Shown: positions 1 through 10,700 of the stretch, one piece after another
How positions within the stretch are numbered: the stretch's first letter is position 1
How the letters are laid out: the number at the start of each line of letters is the position of its first letter
Virus record (IMG/VR): IMGVR_UViG_3300010153_006010
Span: 1 to 56,029 of that record
From: a virus
Lineage: Duplodnaviria > Caudoviricetes
Strand: one strand, 5' to 3'
Length of the DNA: 56,029 nucleotides
Program-made: the position numbers and the translations under genes
Notes under the pieces: model-generated
What the model saw: the letters and a program-made list of their open reading frames with translations, nothing else
Databases searched by the model: none
Told to the model about the DNA's origin: nothing

Positions 1-32
1 ACCATATGTTCTTAGTAGGTCAAGAAGTTTTT

Positions 33-452
33 TTAATCTTCTTGGGCATCAAGATAGGCAGCTACTGCCATCTCTTTTCTTTTCTTTTTTGACTTTCCCT
101 TAAACTGTGGGGCGTCAGAGTCTCGGAAGTCATCGAAATAATCCTTGGGTTTAGCATTTTTATCAAGCACTTCCCCAAAACTACCAGCGGATTCTTCTCT
201 TTTTTCTTTTTCTGGTTTCGTGAGTTGGCGTTCGGACTTGAGCCCTGCGGCAACATCCTGGTTTCGTCTGAATGCTTCTTTAGCTTTGTTTATGGTCGCT
301 TCAGGGTTGATACCTTCGCCTTTTACTTGTGACAAAATATTAGCAATTTGGTTGATGGCATTCGTTTCTATTTCCGAATCTGTTACTTCAGACATCAGTT
401 TAGATATTTCTTCTTTAATGAGGTTGCGGATTATGTCTTGAGTTAGGTGCAT
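33..452 (-). CDS. Hypothetical phage protein, probably head-associated
   Basis: 139 aa ORF. N-terminal IIRNLIKEEI helix; C-terminal DFRDSDAPQFKGKSKKKRKEMAVAAY segment of a type I recall from large marine phage proteins. Preceded by the putative late motif. Confidence 0.6.
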   Translation of the reverse strand: MHLTQDIIRNLIKEEISKLMSEVTDSEIETNAINQIANILSQVKGEGINPEATINKAKEAFRRNQDVAAGLKSERQLTKPEKEKREESAGSFGEVLDKNAKPKDYFDDFRDSDAPQFKGKSKKKRKEMAVAAYLDAQED

Positions 453-456
453 ATAG

Positions 457-464
457 TAAATAGT
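457..464 (-). promoter_or_regulatory. Putative phage late promoter motif ACTATTTA
   Basis: Minus strand ACTATTTA-CTAT-ATG, 4 nt before ATG at 452, no SD. The 12-mer at 454-465 is identical to 4405-4416. Confidence 0.6.
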
Positions 465-467
465 TTG

Positions 468-1043
468 TTAATCTACTAACGTAATCTTATCCGTTAAATA
501 TCCTTTGTTGTCCTCATTTTTTATAAGGAACTCGCCTGCCCTAGCAATGACTGCCGCATCGGCTCGATCATCGGTACCCTTCTTATAATTCTTTCCGCCA
601 CGAGCCATCTCAATTGTAAAAGCTGTTTTCTCTTTTTCTTTTACAGCCTCAATAACCATCTTCTTTCTTTGCGGTCCTTTCGTTCCTCGTGGGAAAGATA
701 AGCCGTAAAGTGTTCTGGCGGTGTTCACGTTGATAAAAGTAGGGGCTTCGCCAAAGGTATCAAAACAAAGCCAGGAAACAATCCCGTTAAACTTGGCTAG
801 TTTTATAATGGTGTCTGCCCTAGACTTGCCTGGGAAGAATTTCTTGAGGGCTGTTTCTATGAACACCTTCTCAATTTTATATTCTGTTTTTAGTTCCCAT
901 AAAAGTGAGCCGACCATTTCAGCTTTCTCGAACAAGGTTTCCTGTTTCGAGATGTCCCAGTGGTGGCTTACTATTAGGCTGCCCTCGTCGTTGATTAGGG
1001 CAACTCCAATAATGGTAGTAGATATGTCGAGTCCCAGTATCAT
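468..1043 (-). CDS. RuvC-like Holliday junction resolvase (RNase H fold)
   Basis: MILGLDISTT..G start (catalytic Asp), VFIE (Glu), C-terminal DRADAAVIA (Asp pair). Confidence 0.8.
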   Translation of the reverse strand: MILGLDISTTIIGVALINDEGSLIVSHHWDISKQETLFEKAEMVGSLLWELKTEYKIEKVFIETALKKFFPGKSRADTIIKLAKFNGIVSWLCFDTFGEAPTFINVNTARTLYGLSFPRGTKGPQRKKMVIEAVKEKEKTAFTIEMARGGKNYKKGTDDRADAAVIARAGEFLIKNEDNKGYLTDKITLVD

Positions 1044-1050
1044 CTAGGAG

Positions 1051-1079
1051 ATTATACTACATGTCTAGAGTTAGTTTAA
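1051..1079 (-). promoter_or_regulatory. Putative sigma70-type promoter for the RuvC-like gene
   Basis: TTAAAC(1079-1074)-N17-TATAAT(1056-1051), 7 nt before the ATG at 1043. Confidence 0.45.
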
Positions 1080-2244
1080 ATGTATAGCTATCAGCTTCTT
1101 TCTTTTGGACAGGGTTCGCTAGTTTTGCCACACCTAAAAGATTTTTGTTCTTGTCGTAAATGCCTACTTCAGTTATATAAGTTTGTTTCTGGAATTCGTC
1201 CTCATAACTACAGTACCTACTTTCGATTGTATTCTTAATTTCTGTTTTGTTTGGTTCCATATATCCAGATGGCCCGGAGGCGGTGCGGTTCTTCCAGTTT
1301 GAGTCGGAAGAAGAAATCCAGGTTGGATTCAAAGAATTGTTTAACTGACCTGGCTGGGCAGTTGAAAACATTGTCATAACAGGTACTTTTTGTGTGCCTT
1401 CAAATTCAACAGAAAATAAACTTGCGGTGGCGAAATTAGTAACACCAGTTGACAAAGAATCGTATGCTCCAAAGTGTTGCCAATTGGCTGTGGCAAGTGT
1501 TCCGGTACCCAGGTAGTCATCTTCATTGGAGCTTATTTCTACCGAAGAAGTCAATAAAATAAAACCTTCCCGATATAAAACCACCCCCACAATAGATCCA
1601 CTAGTACCGCCCATTGTCGAGATTAACTCCCCGTTCTGCCGGGAATCAACCGCCTCGTCGATTAAAGACCCCGTATAATAGAACTTCAAATTAACCGTTC
1701 CTTTTTTTATCTGTTCGCCGTACATGATAGAGGGAATCTGGAGCATGTTGACCGCACCCGACACATAACTTCCGCTATAATGAAATTTATCGCTGGAGAA
1801 TCGATTATAGTTCATGGTGTTTTGAAGTGCTATTAGTTCTCGACGAGAAATTGAATATGTGTCTTTCTCAGCAGCGGTGCCGTCGGGGAATGGATACTTG
1901 GTAGCCGCATAGAACTGCCGATGCATAGAAGAAGTTAAGGGATAACTGCCAGACAAAGAAAAGTGTCGATAGGGGGCGTAGTCAGAAGGAGTCATGCGCT
2001 CGGTCCTAAAGGTCAACCCAGCATTTGGAGATAAAAAAGGTGTGATTAAACTTTGATCAGCCCCATTGCGGTCCACATTGTATTCAAAAAGATTCACATT
2101 ACCAGTTACAATGTTTTCGCCCAGCACGGGACCATCATTGTTTAAGTAAGCCGAGCCACTGTACATTACAAAGTCCGTCTTTGGACGGGTTACAATGCGA
2201 TTTGTGAATATGTCGTCTGGACCGAAAGTGAAGAGGTAAGGCAT
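1057..2244 (-). CDS. Virion structural protein with C-terminal tail-collar-fibre-like (DUF3751-type) segment
   Basis: C-terminal YITEVGIYDKNKNLLGVAKLANPVQK...FKLTLD; paralogous to the adjacent gene; S/T/G-rich. Confidence 0.65.
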   Translation of the reverse strand: MPYLFTFGPDDIFTNRIVTRPKTDFVMYSGSAYLNNDGPVLGENIVTGNVNLFEYNVDRNGADQSLITPFLSPNAGLTFRTERMTPSDYAPYRHFSLSGSYPLTSSMHRQFYAATKYPFPDGTAAEKDTYSISRRELIALQNTMNYNRFSSDKFHYSGSYVSGAVNMLQIPSIMYGEQIKKGTVNLKFYYTGSLIDEAVDSRQNGELISTMGGTSGSIVGVVLYREGFILLTSSVEISSNEDDYLGTGTLATANWQHFGAYDSLSTGVTNFATASLFSVEFEGTQKVPVMTMFSTAQPGQLNNSLNPTWISSSDSNWKNRTASGPSGYMEPNKTEIKNTIESRYCSYEDEFQKQTYITEVGIYDKNKNLLGVAKLANPVQKKEADSYTFKLTLDM

Positions 2245-2256
2245 ATTTACCCCCTA

Positions 2257-3315
2257 TTAATAATCTAGTCTTACCCGGAAAGTTGCCTCGGTGCCTGACG
2301 ATTTTCTTATTGGTTCACTCATTTTTCCCACAGCTAACAAAGCGTTATCTTCGCTATACAAGCCTACAGTTGTTACATAAGACACGGGATTGTCAGTCCT
2401 CAGCGTTTTCACCCTAATCTGGCTTGAACTTAGATAGGTTGGGTTACTACTATAATTAAATTCTGTAGCGTTTAAGCGGCAAAAATAGATTGTTGAGTTA
2501 AGCTCTGTTGTGTTATTGAAGCTAATGTTTTGAACTCGGTGTCGAAGAGAAGTACAAGACCCGCTTATGGAACTGCTCACAAACATTTGATCTATAGTTT
2601 GACCATCTGTGGCGTCCATAAAACAATCCTCTACATATTCACTCTTGAATACAGAAGAGGTTAAAATAGCTACACCTGCTTGATAAAACAACAAACCACA
2701 CGGGCGCTCAGAAGCTGCTGGGAATCCAGATCCAGTGGCATATAAAATATTAAATTCGCCAGCCGGGGAATTGGTTTTCAAATTTGTTCCGTCTTTGTCA
2801 TAAACTGTAAGAGTTTTCGTAAAGGGGTTGTTATAAGAAGCACTGACTCCCAGAGTCATAGAAAACCCGGTAGCAGAAGGTTGAATTTCATCTTTTGTTA
2901 AAAGCCGGGCAAAATTAAGAACAAGAATTTCTTCCATCTTATCCACCGCTGTATTGCTCCCAAAGTTACCGCTTACATCCAGCTTATTGATACTGCCCGT
3001 GGTGTTATAACCAGCAAGCATCTGTGCCATCTCGTTATAAACATCATTCTTTTTGTTTCTTAGGGTGATATTTGACGAAGCAGAAAGCGGGGAATCGGTA
3101 GCCCAGGCAGCAGTAAAATCAATAATATGATTAGCTGATGAACTCAGATAAGGATAATCATAAATACTCTGGAACATGCCGTGAGTATAATTCTTAATAT
3201 TATTACCACTGTAGGTTCCCGACAAAATAGTTCCTGTTAAGGGAATTGCCTCGTGGAGTTTTGTTTGAGTGCGTTGCGAGTCATTAACATTCAATGATTT
3301 AAAACTGGTTGCCAT
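2257..3315 (-). CDS. Virion structural protein, paralog of 1057..2244
   Basis: C-terminal NYSSNPTY...YVTTVGLYSEDNALLAVGKMSEPIRK...FRVRLDY. Confidence 0.65.
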   Translation of the reverse strand: MATSFKSLNVNDSQRTQTKLHEAIPLTGTILSGTYSGNNIKNYTHGMFQSIYDYPYLSSSANHIIDFTAAWATDSPLSASSNITLRNKKNDVYNEMAQMLAGYNTTGSINKLDVSGNFGSNTAVDKMEEILVLNFARLLTKDEIQPSATGFSMTLGVSASYNNPFTKTLTVYDKDGTNLKTNSPAGEFNILYATGSGFPAASERPCGLLFYQAGVAILTSSVFKSEYVEDCFMDATDGQTIDQMFVSSSISGSCTSLRHRVQNISFNNTTELNSTIYFCRLNATEFNYSSNPTYLSSSQIRVKTLRTDNPVSYVTTVGLYSEDNALLAVGKMSEPIRKSSGTEATFRVRLDY

Positions 3316-3325
3316 ATCTTAATTC

Positions 3326-4363
3326 CTACGATGTGTATTTAAGTAGTTTGAGCGGTACTTCAACACGGTATCCTGTGCTGAAGCCGGTGATTCTAATTAC
3401 TGTGTTGATAAAAGAGAAGGGGCTAGAGGTCCCCGAGCCGGGTACTATCTCCACTGAGGTTGTTCCGCCCATCTGAGTGAATAAAGTATTGGTTGTTTGC
3501 AAATTAAGAGAAGACCTTAGGCCAAAAATTAGTCGAGACCCAAGGCGGCCGGTAGTGGAAGTAGGTCCAATCATAGAATTATTGATTCTTCGACCATTTA
3601 TACCGTCGTCGAGACTAAAGGCAGGCGTCGCTGTGCCGCCTCGACCGCCGGCTGACTCAGCAAAATAAGCATTGCCGCCGTCATTACCCAAAGCAAACAT
3701 ATAAGTAGCTATACTATCATCGTCAATAAAGCTGGGTGTTGCCATCTGACCTTCTTGTTCTGGGGTAGTGAGACCTAAAAGCCTATTATCTACCTCCACA
3801 AGATACCCAGTTTCTAAAAGATTCCTTTCGGACGCCAGATTATTAAGATAACCCAGTGCTAAATTTGCTGAGTCTATGCCCTGATCATATATCATCTGAG
3901 TATGTATGTTTGCTGCTGAGTCATCCGCATACCGGTAACCCAAAGAGGTTACAGCGGTTTCTTCCGCTACCTGGTTAATATACTCTGTGGTGACGGAATC
4001 TACAGAGACATAATATCCGCCCACAGGTCCTGTCGAAGTTGATACTGTTGGATAAAATTTATTATTCAACTTAACAACTGGCAAATATAACAAGGTATTA
4101 TCAGTATAAGTCAGTAAGCGGTTTTTAAGAGAAGTAGTGTTATTGGTAAAAGCCTCGAATACAGGTAGTTGAAGTATTCGTTGATCTTCGTAACCTGAAC
4201 CACTGCTGGGTGTCTTATCATAAAGTGAGTAATCTATTTCATCATCACCTAGCGCAAATTTGGTAATTCTAAAACTACCATCACCCAATGCTAATCTTCT
4301 TCGACCCTCATCGGTCAAAACAGCATCAAGTATAATATCACCACTATTGTCTAAAAAAGCCAT
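3326..4363 (-). CDS. Virion structural protein with N-terminal tail-collar-like motif
   Basis: N-terminal DAVLTDEGRRRLA...ITKFALGDDEIDY; SD GAGG upstream. Confidence 0.65.
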   Translation of the reverse strand: MAFLDNSGDIILDAVLTDEGRRRLALGDGSFRITKFALGDDEIDYSLYDKTPSSGSGYEDQRILQLPVFEAFTNNTTSLKNRLLTYTDNTLLYLPVVKLNNKFYPTVSTSTGPVGGYYVSVDSVTTEYINQVAEETAVTSLGYRYADDSAANIHTQMIYDQGIDSANLALGYLNNLASERNLLETGYLVEVDNRLLGLTTPEQEGQMATPSFIDDDSIATYMFALGNDGGNAYFAESAGGRGGTATPAFSLDDGINGRRINNSMIGPTSTTGRLGSRLIFGLRSSLNLQTTNTLFTQMGGTTSVEIVPGSGTSSPFSFINTVIRITGFSTGYRVEVPLKLLKYTS

Positions 4364-4407
4364 AACGTTTCCTCTTAACGAACCACTGTATTAATATTAG
4401 TTCCTAG

Positions 4408-4415
4408 TAAATAGT
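4408..4415 (-). promoter_or_regulatory. Putative late promoter motif ACTATTTA
   Basis: Intergenic, 44 nt upstream of the ATG at 4363; same 12-mer as 454-465. Confidence 0.55.
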
Positions 4416-4438
4416 TCGTATTATTCAATTTTGTTTTT

Positions 4439-7400
4439 TTATGTTTCGCCGTTGATAGGTCGTCCATCAACTTTGATTACAAAGTCAAGCTTCAAATCAA
4501 ACTTTCTTCCTGTGTCTTTTGAAGTGAATCTTATTATATAGGCATCATCTTCTATAGAACTTCCAAGAGTCGAGGCTAAACTTCTGGCGCTGACAGTTTC
4601 ACCATCTCTGTTTTGAATATACGGAAATGTTTGAATATTCGAAGCATCAATCTTCACAAATCTCGCCAAATCTTTATCAGGAACTTGTTTAGATGTTCCC
4701 GCTGGAAGAACAGTTGAGATTTCTGGTATGACCATACCATTTTCAGAAACCAATTTTATCCGATAAATCACACTGGGGTTTGATATTTGTTCATGAATGT
4801 CCTTTGTAATACAGGTGTAGTAATAATCTACATTGGGCTCGATATTATCATCTAGATCATAAGACAATATATAAGATAGAGTTTCATCTTCTAGGGCCGC
4901 CAGCCTGTCATCAGTAAACTCTCTCACTAGAACGTCATTTTGAGTATTTGGGTTGAAGTCTTTGTATAAATCGTCGTAATCATCAACATCTAAATTTAAG
5001 TTTGTGGTGCGATAAAGAATAATACTCTTTATTTGTGTTTGGCCCTTGTTCCTAAACATCATTGTATTTTCAGGAAGGTTCATTACCGTCCTTTGATGAG
5101 CATATGATCGATCGATCGTTTCGTTATTATCGCCTATCCTCACAATTTTAAGAGTGTTGGCATAGGTGCCGTAATCAGGGATAATAGTACCCTCTCTTCC
5201 AGACTCAACATCAATATTTAACATTATTTGGTTATCTTGGTTAAGTCGTGGGAAAAATTGTAGAGTAGGAGCCGTAGGAGGGAGGTCCAAAACACTAAGA
5301 CGAGGATATGAAATGCCGCCAGCGCCTCTATGTTTGTCTGATAAGCTAAGCAAAGCCGGTCTGTTCCGATCGATCAAAGTGGTCATATTTTCAAAAACAT
5401 TTACCCTATTCCACTCCGAATCATATACTGGTATCTGAACTAGCTTAACATTAGATCCGCAAGAGATCATACTCTTAAAGGCAAATGAGGCACCCACCAG
5501 TCGCTCTTCAAAGTATTCTTCTGGATCATCGTAGAGATTCCTCGGAAGAACGTGCCCATCATCAGGACCCCCTATACCAAGATAATACATCATTAACTTA
5601 AGAGGAATATCTCTAGAGATTGTATATTGATTATAAGGGGTATCATAAATAAAGCGATACTCGGTAAGAGTATAATCGTAATCTCTTCCATAGGCTACTT
5701 GGCTATCTCGATAAACCTGAGACCCTACTGGGTTTCCTACTAATATTTCTTGGAGGGTTTCGGGGGCGTTGGCTCTGCTTTTTCCTATTTGATATCCCAG
5801 CACCTCGCTTTTTGTATTATGATGACCATAAATAATATTCTCGTAGCGGTGGCGAGAGCGGAAAAGGGCATTTCTTAGTAAAAACTGTTTAGCAGTGAGC
5901 ATCTCCTCTTCGTTGGGGAGCATGGGTTGGCGCTGGAGCAGTGTAGCTGTATAAGAAGATGCCTCCGGGGTGTTGTCGAAAATATATGAAAATTCACCCA
6001 TATTAATCGGATAAACTCGTAAATTAACGTTATTTTTGAGCGTGGTATTTGTTACGTCATTATATAAATATTCTGTAGAATAGAGATATCCTTGAGACAA
6101 CTCAGGCTGGTCTGGATCGACAGTGTCGTATGTTGCGAGGTTTTGTAGCGCAGCAACACTTGTGTCGCTGTATTGCTCCCGGCCCACGTTGTTTCTCTCT
6201 AGTTCATATCGTTGATAATCATTAACTTCGGAACCTCCTTCGTTGAGGCCTGACGCACCAGCGGCTGAAAATTTAACATTCATGCTCATGGCGGCACCGG
6301 GGCTTCCGAAAGCGCCACCTGGGCGTCGAGCCTCCTTAAGACCCATAATAAAAAGTTTGTTACTATTTTGGATGACCGTAGAGACATCGAAGCCTTCCTC
6401 AAGAAGTTGACCATACAGAGAGTAAAAACGCTCAGGGTCGCCGCCATTCATCGCAGTTAATAAATCTCGGTAGAACTCGGTCCCAAATAGATTTTCTATA
6501 AACCTAGCTGAATCACTGAGTTTTAGTAAATTTTTATATTTAGTAATCCTGGCAATTTGGAGGGGCTGATATTGTCGTGTAGTGCCTCGGTTGCTGGACA
6601 ACTGAGTGTACTGTCTTACATAAAGATTAGGAAGAATCTCTTCTGAGGGGTCAGTTTCTCTTATCGCTCTCTCATATTTATCGTTATAGACAGTATACTG
6701 TGAAGTCAGAGCCGCACTCTGGACGGGGGACCGGCTCAACCAGCTTGCGTTCTCTATATTTTTGACATACGGAGTATTAACCTTAACCTCATCTTTCGAA
6801 AACTCATACTCCCTCTTCCGACTGATTGAACTAAAAACTTGAAATTCAGTGATGAGTTCAGCATCTAAAAGTGCTCTTAATAATGTTTGCTGTAGGATTG
6901 CCAGGTGCGCTTCGGATATGCCATCAGCAATAGCTTGATCTATAGACCCATAAACCATCGCATAAACATTGCCAGTGCCCAAGTTCTCATATCCCCCAAC
7001 AGACAAGCCAGGCGGGTAGCCGGGTCGGGTCACGTTGCGGAAGGCACGATCAACTGTCCGCTCAAGGAGATTAGGGCTGATCCCCAAGTTGGCTAGGTAG
7101 TCGTTCATAGTCCCATAAGGCAGATCGATCACGCCGCTGTCCCTGGCGATGGTGACCACCGTGCGGTAGAAGGTCGTGGTCTGGTCGAGGGTTTTGAGTT
7201 TCAAACGAAAGAAGTCGTCATCCTTGGTTAAAGAAAAAACGCTTGACGCCGTATTAATAATAGTTTTAAGAATATCCGTAGCGAAGTTTTTGTATTTAAC
7301 CTCGTTACCCTGGGGCGATTCGAGGCGGTATGACGGGTTTATATACACATACTTGCCTAGAAAATTATACTCTTCTTGAGAGTTAGGAGGAAGCTCGCCG

Positions 7401-7714
7401 TGATACAGATATCTTAAGCCTTCTTGGTTTTGAAGTTCTGGATTGAGAGCCTTGAGAAAACCGACAAGTTCGTCCTCGCCCCTAATTGTATAAATCGTCT
7501 GCTGGTCAACGAAACCAGGCACGATATGAAAAGTGAGGTAGGGGTCCCGACCATGGAGATTATAGCCTATGTACTGATCATCCAGATAATGTTCTATTGT
7601 TTGCCGGGACTTTACCCAAGATGCCAGAGGATCTAGATGACTGGCTTCGATAGTGTATTCCCTGGTCGCCTCGTTATGTGTCAAGATATTGTTGTTTTCG
7701 TCGTTCTGTGCCAT
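4439..7714 (-). CDS. Large hypothetical virion protein (1091 aa)
   Basis: Long ORF inside the structural module. C-terminal part has FnIII-like patterns (YRDSQVAYGRDYDYTL; IEPNVDYYYTC...SNPS). Confidence 0.55.
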   Translation of the reverse strand: MAQNDENNNILTHNEATREYTIEASHLDPLASWVKSRQTIEHYLDDQYIGYNLHGRDPYLTFHIVPGFVDQQTIYTIRGEDELVGFLKALNPELQNQEGLRYLYHGELPPNSQEEYNFLGKYVYINPSYRLESPQGNEVKYKNFATDILKTIINTASSVFSLTKDDDFFRLKLKTLDQTTTFYRTVVTIARDSGVIDLPYGTMNDYLANLGISPNLLERTVDRAFRNVTRPGYPPGLSVGGYENLGTGNVYAMVYGSIDQAIADGISEAHLAILQQTLLRALLDAELITEFQVFSSISRKREYEFSKDEVKVNTPYVKNIENASWLSRSPVQSAALTSQYTVYNDKYERAIRETDPSEEILPNLYVRQYTQLSSNRGTTRQYQPLQIARITKYKNLLKLSDSARFIENLFGTEFYRDLLTAMNGGDPERFYSLYGQLLEEGFDVSTVIQNSNKLFIMGLKEARRPGGAFGSPGAAMSMNVKFSAAGASGLNEGGSEVNDYQRYELERNNVGREQYSDTSVAALQNLATYDTVDPDQPELSQGYLYSTEYLYNDVTNTTLKNNVNLRVYPINMGEFSYIFDNTPEASSYTATLLQRQPMLPNEEEMLTAKQFLLRNALFRSRHRYENIIYGHHNTKSEVLGYQIGKSRANAPETLQEILVGNPVGSQVYRDSQVAYGRDYDYTLTEYRFIYDTPYNQYTISRDIPLKLMMYYLGIGGPDDGHVLPRNLYDDPEEYFEERLVGASFAFKSMISCGSNVKLVQIPVYDSEWNRVNVFENMTTLIDRNRPALLSLSDKHRGAGGISYPRLSVLDLPPTAPTLQFFPRLNQDNQIMLNIDVESGREGTIIPDYGTYANTLKIVRIGDNNETIDRSYAHQRTVMNLPENTMMFRNKGQTQIKSIILYRTTNLNLDVDDYDDLYKDFNPNTQNDVLVREFTDDRLAALEDETLSYILSYDLDDNIEPNVDYYYTCITKDIHEQISNPSVIYRIKLVSENGMVIPEISTVLPAGTSKQVPDKDLARFVKIDASNIQTFPYIQNRDGETVSARSLASTLGSSIEDDAYIIRFTSKDTGRKFDLKLDFVIKVDGRPINGET

Positions 7715-7720
7715 GTTGTT

Positions 7721-10700
7721 TTAATATCCTAACGCTAACGGGTTTGGTGACGTAACGGAAACCTCTTCAACTGTTACTGTTTCAGTAGTTTCCGGCTGAG
7801 ATGGTATGCCACTTATATAGAAGTACTTATTATAAGTTGGAAGTTGTAATACTTGTTTTTGTTCAAAGTAATTAACTAACCTGTGCTGTTGCTCAGAAGT
7901 AGTGAATTCTTTTATCATATTTAAGTAGTCATCAGCATTTAACAAACGAGTTCGGCAGAGGATTTTGCCAGGCTGATTTCTTAATTCTTCTGCTATAGTG
8001 GGAGACATAGGTTCCCATGTGGACAGCTTTAACCGCCGGGGGTTGAAATCATTTTGAACTTGCTGGTGCGGCTGGATGATAGTACCAAAGCCGCTCAAAT
8101 ACTCAACAACAGCTATCTGTCTATAGTTCATCCACAATGTTAAAAATGTGGCATATGACTTCATAGGATCAGGTATTAAACTATAAGACTTGTTACCCTC
8201 TGTGGATATAACCTTGCCGCCTTCAAAAAAGCTCACCAAATCATCACCTTCCGTTACGCCAGGAATGTTTAATGTAAACCTTCGGGCGTCGAGAATTTCG
8301 TTCCCTTCTGAACTCTCTCCCGCTAACGGCTGAGTGGTAGAAGCTATTATTATCATGCTTTGTAACTGCGCAGGCAAATGACTCAACACAGAGCCCTGAA
8401 GCATGGATGGTAAATTTTGTTCCGAGATGCCCAAAATTTTGGACAAAGCAGTCATAGAATTAAAAGTCGGCTGGACGTTTCGATCGGTTTGGGCTATTGT
8501 CTTGTCTATAGTAAGTTCGCCAAGGATAGCAAAGGGTAATCGGATTGCCCTGTCCTTTAAGTCTTGTTTTTTCATTATCTGGTCGATGTCACCCTTTAAT
8601 AGTTGGGTGTTTTGGTTTTTGATATTTAAATCTACCGCATCGAGATAAACAAAAGCAGCAGAAGATGGATCTGAATCAGTCCCGATAACACTTTTGATTA
8701 GGGCGGGGCCGGCGTTGGTTCCACAGTTTTCTTTATCTCTAAAATTATATATAGTTGATTTAACCTTGTCCACAGAAACCCTAGGAGGAGAAAACTGGAC
8801 GGGAGCGGACTCGCCTATAGAGATACTGAAATCTTCGGACAACAATGTCCTAATGTCTGAGTATATTTGGTTATTTTTGCTTTGTTGTAGGGCGATGGAA
8901 GACAAAGACGGGTATACCATACCAATTTTCTGTTGGTTTTTTATAGACACCAAATCAGAATATAGCTCAGCATAACGGTCGAAATCATATTCCACCGACT
9001 GAAGGGTAGCTGTTGAAACTTTAGCCTGGTCGATTATTGATCTAGAGGGGGTCTTAATTATTCTAGGGGTCATGTAGGCATAAGACACTTCTTCATAAGC
9101 ACCGACAGGGCTAACCAAAGCACCGCCGGATGGCTTAAAGAAATATTTATTAAATTCCATTACTCGCCTTGTGTCGTAACTATCAATATTTATTTCAGAG
9201 AAACTATCGGACTCAATATCTCCAAAAATATAATCGATGCCGAGGTGGTTATCCTCTCCTGTCTTATACACTTCTTTGTAGCGGTTTTCAACCAGAAGGA
9301 CATTGTTTTTAATGGATCTGCTCATGTTTTGATCGAAAGTGTTCTTTCGAATACTATCGAGCATCCCAAAAGGGTCAGAAGGAAAAATGCTCACAAGTTT
9401 ATCGTGCAAAAATCTAATCCCGAGATCAAGCAGCATCTCAATATCCGTTATCAATTGAACGTTTATGATGCCTTGGTTTGCCTCAATAAAATTCTTGTAA
9501 TAGGATGTGAGATCGATACCTGCGCCGGCAGATAAACTGCCCACTATCTCTTGATAAGATAATAATATTTTCATGATTTCATCGTAGGCGAGGACCTGCT
9601 CGCCGTCAATATTAATATTAATTGATCGTATATCTTGAGTGGTCTTAGCCTTGGCAACATCATATAAAGGCTTTCTTCCAAACATCTTGCTAGTATTAAG
9701 TGAGATATAATCACGGATCGAAGATAAAATTCTTTTTTTATCATAAAGTACGTCGGTTAGTCGCCTTAATAGTTGAGGAGAATTATCCAATACCGAGAGC
9801 TTGACCGAATACTGAAAGCTTTCATCTATTTGTCTGTCCTTCACATCTGCCGTTGAAAATTTATCGCACCCTTCAAAAAAAGTCAAAGAATTAGAGGCCA
9901 GGTCGTTCGCCTCGGCGGATGGAAGGCTTATCTGTACTTTCTTTATATTTTCTGTGGGAATTGGCAGTGTGGTACGATCCGGGTATCCGGGTCCCATCGT
10001 TCCTAGATCATTTATCGCATGGAGACCAGTAGAAGAAACATTGTGGCGAAATACCTCAACTGAAGAAACAGAGGATGGTGTATGTGGTGAAAATTCTTCG
10101 GAGTCGGAAAAAATCGCATGGTTAAGCAAGTTATTTTTATATACAAACGGAAATAAAGAATTGTCTGCTAAGAAGTTTTGTATATCAAAAGAAAAGATAA
10201 AACGGTTATTCTCCTTCTGATCTCTTGACAACCAAAAATCTGTAAAGTAGTTGCTTCTTTTAATTACCTTGTTTAATTGTTTGCTCTGTCCTAGCCGGGG
10301 GGTCTGAAACAGTCTGACCATACTATCAGATAAATGAGAGTATCCCTTAATAACAGCCTCCGTAGGCACTAAATTTATCTGTTTTAGATTATTCCCCTCG
10401 GGGCTTATAGTTTGTTTTGGGTTAACCATAGAGACAAGTGGTCGGTCGGGGAAAATCTCGTCATAACTGATGTGAGTGCCCTTATAGGTTCCTCTAGCAA
10501 CATGACCCATTCCGGTTACTAAAGAAAAGTTAGAAGAAGCCTCTTCAGAAAATAAGTGGGGAATTTTGTTGTCGTATACATAACAATAGCACGATATCTG
10601 GTCCATTCTTACGTTGGGTAACGATAGGTTGACTGTCTTTAAAATATTTTGTCCCGACCTGGGAGAGAGTATTAAATTCTCTAAAGGTAAGTCAAATATA

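Noticed and set aside
468-1043. Transposase or TnpB/Cas12-type RuvC
   Set aside because: Only 191 aa, no zinc finger, terminal repeats or guide-like RNA; fits a stand-alone phage resolvase.
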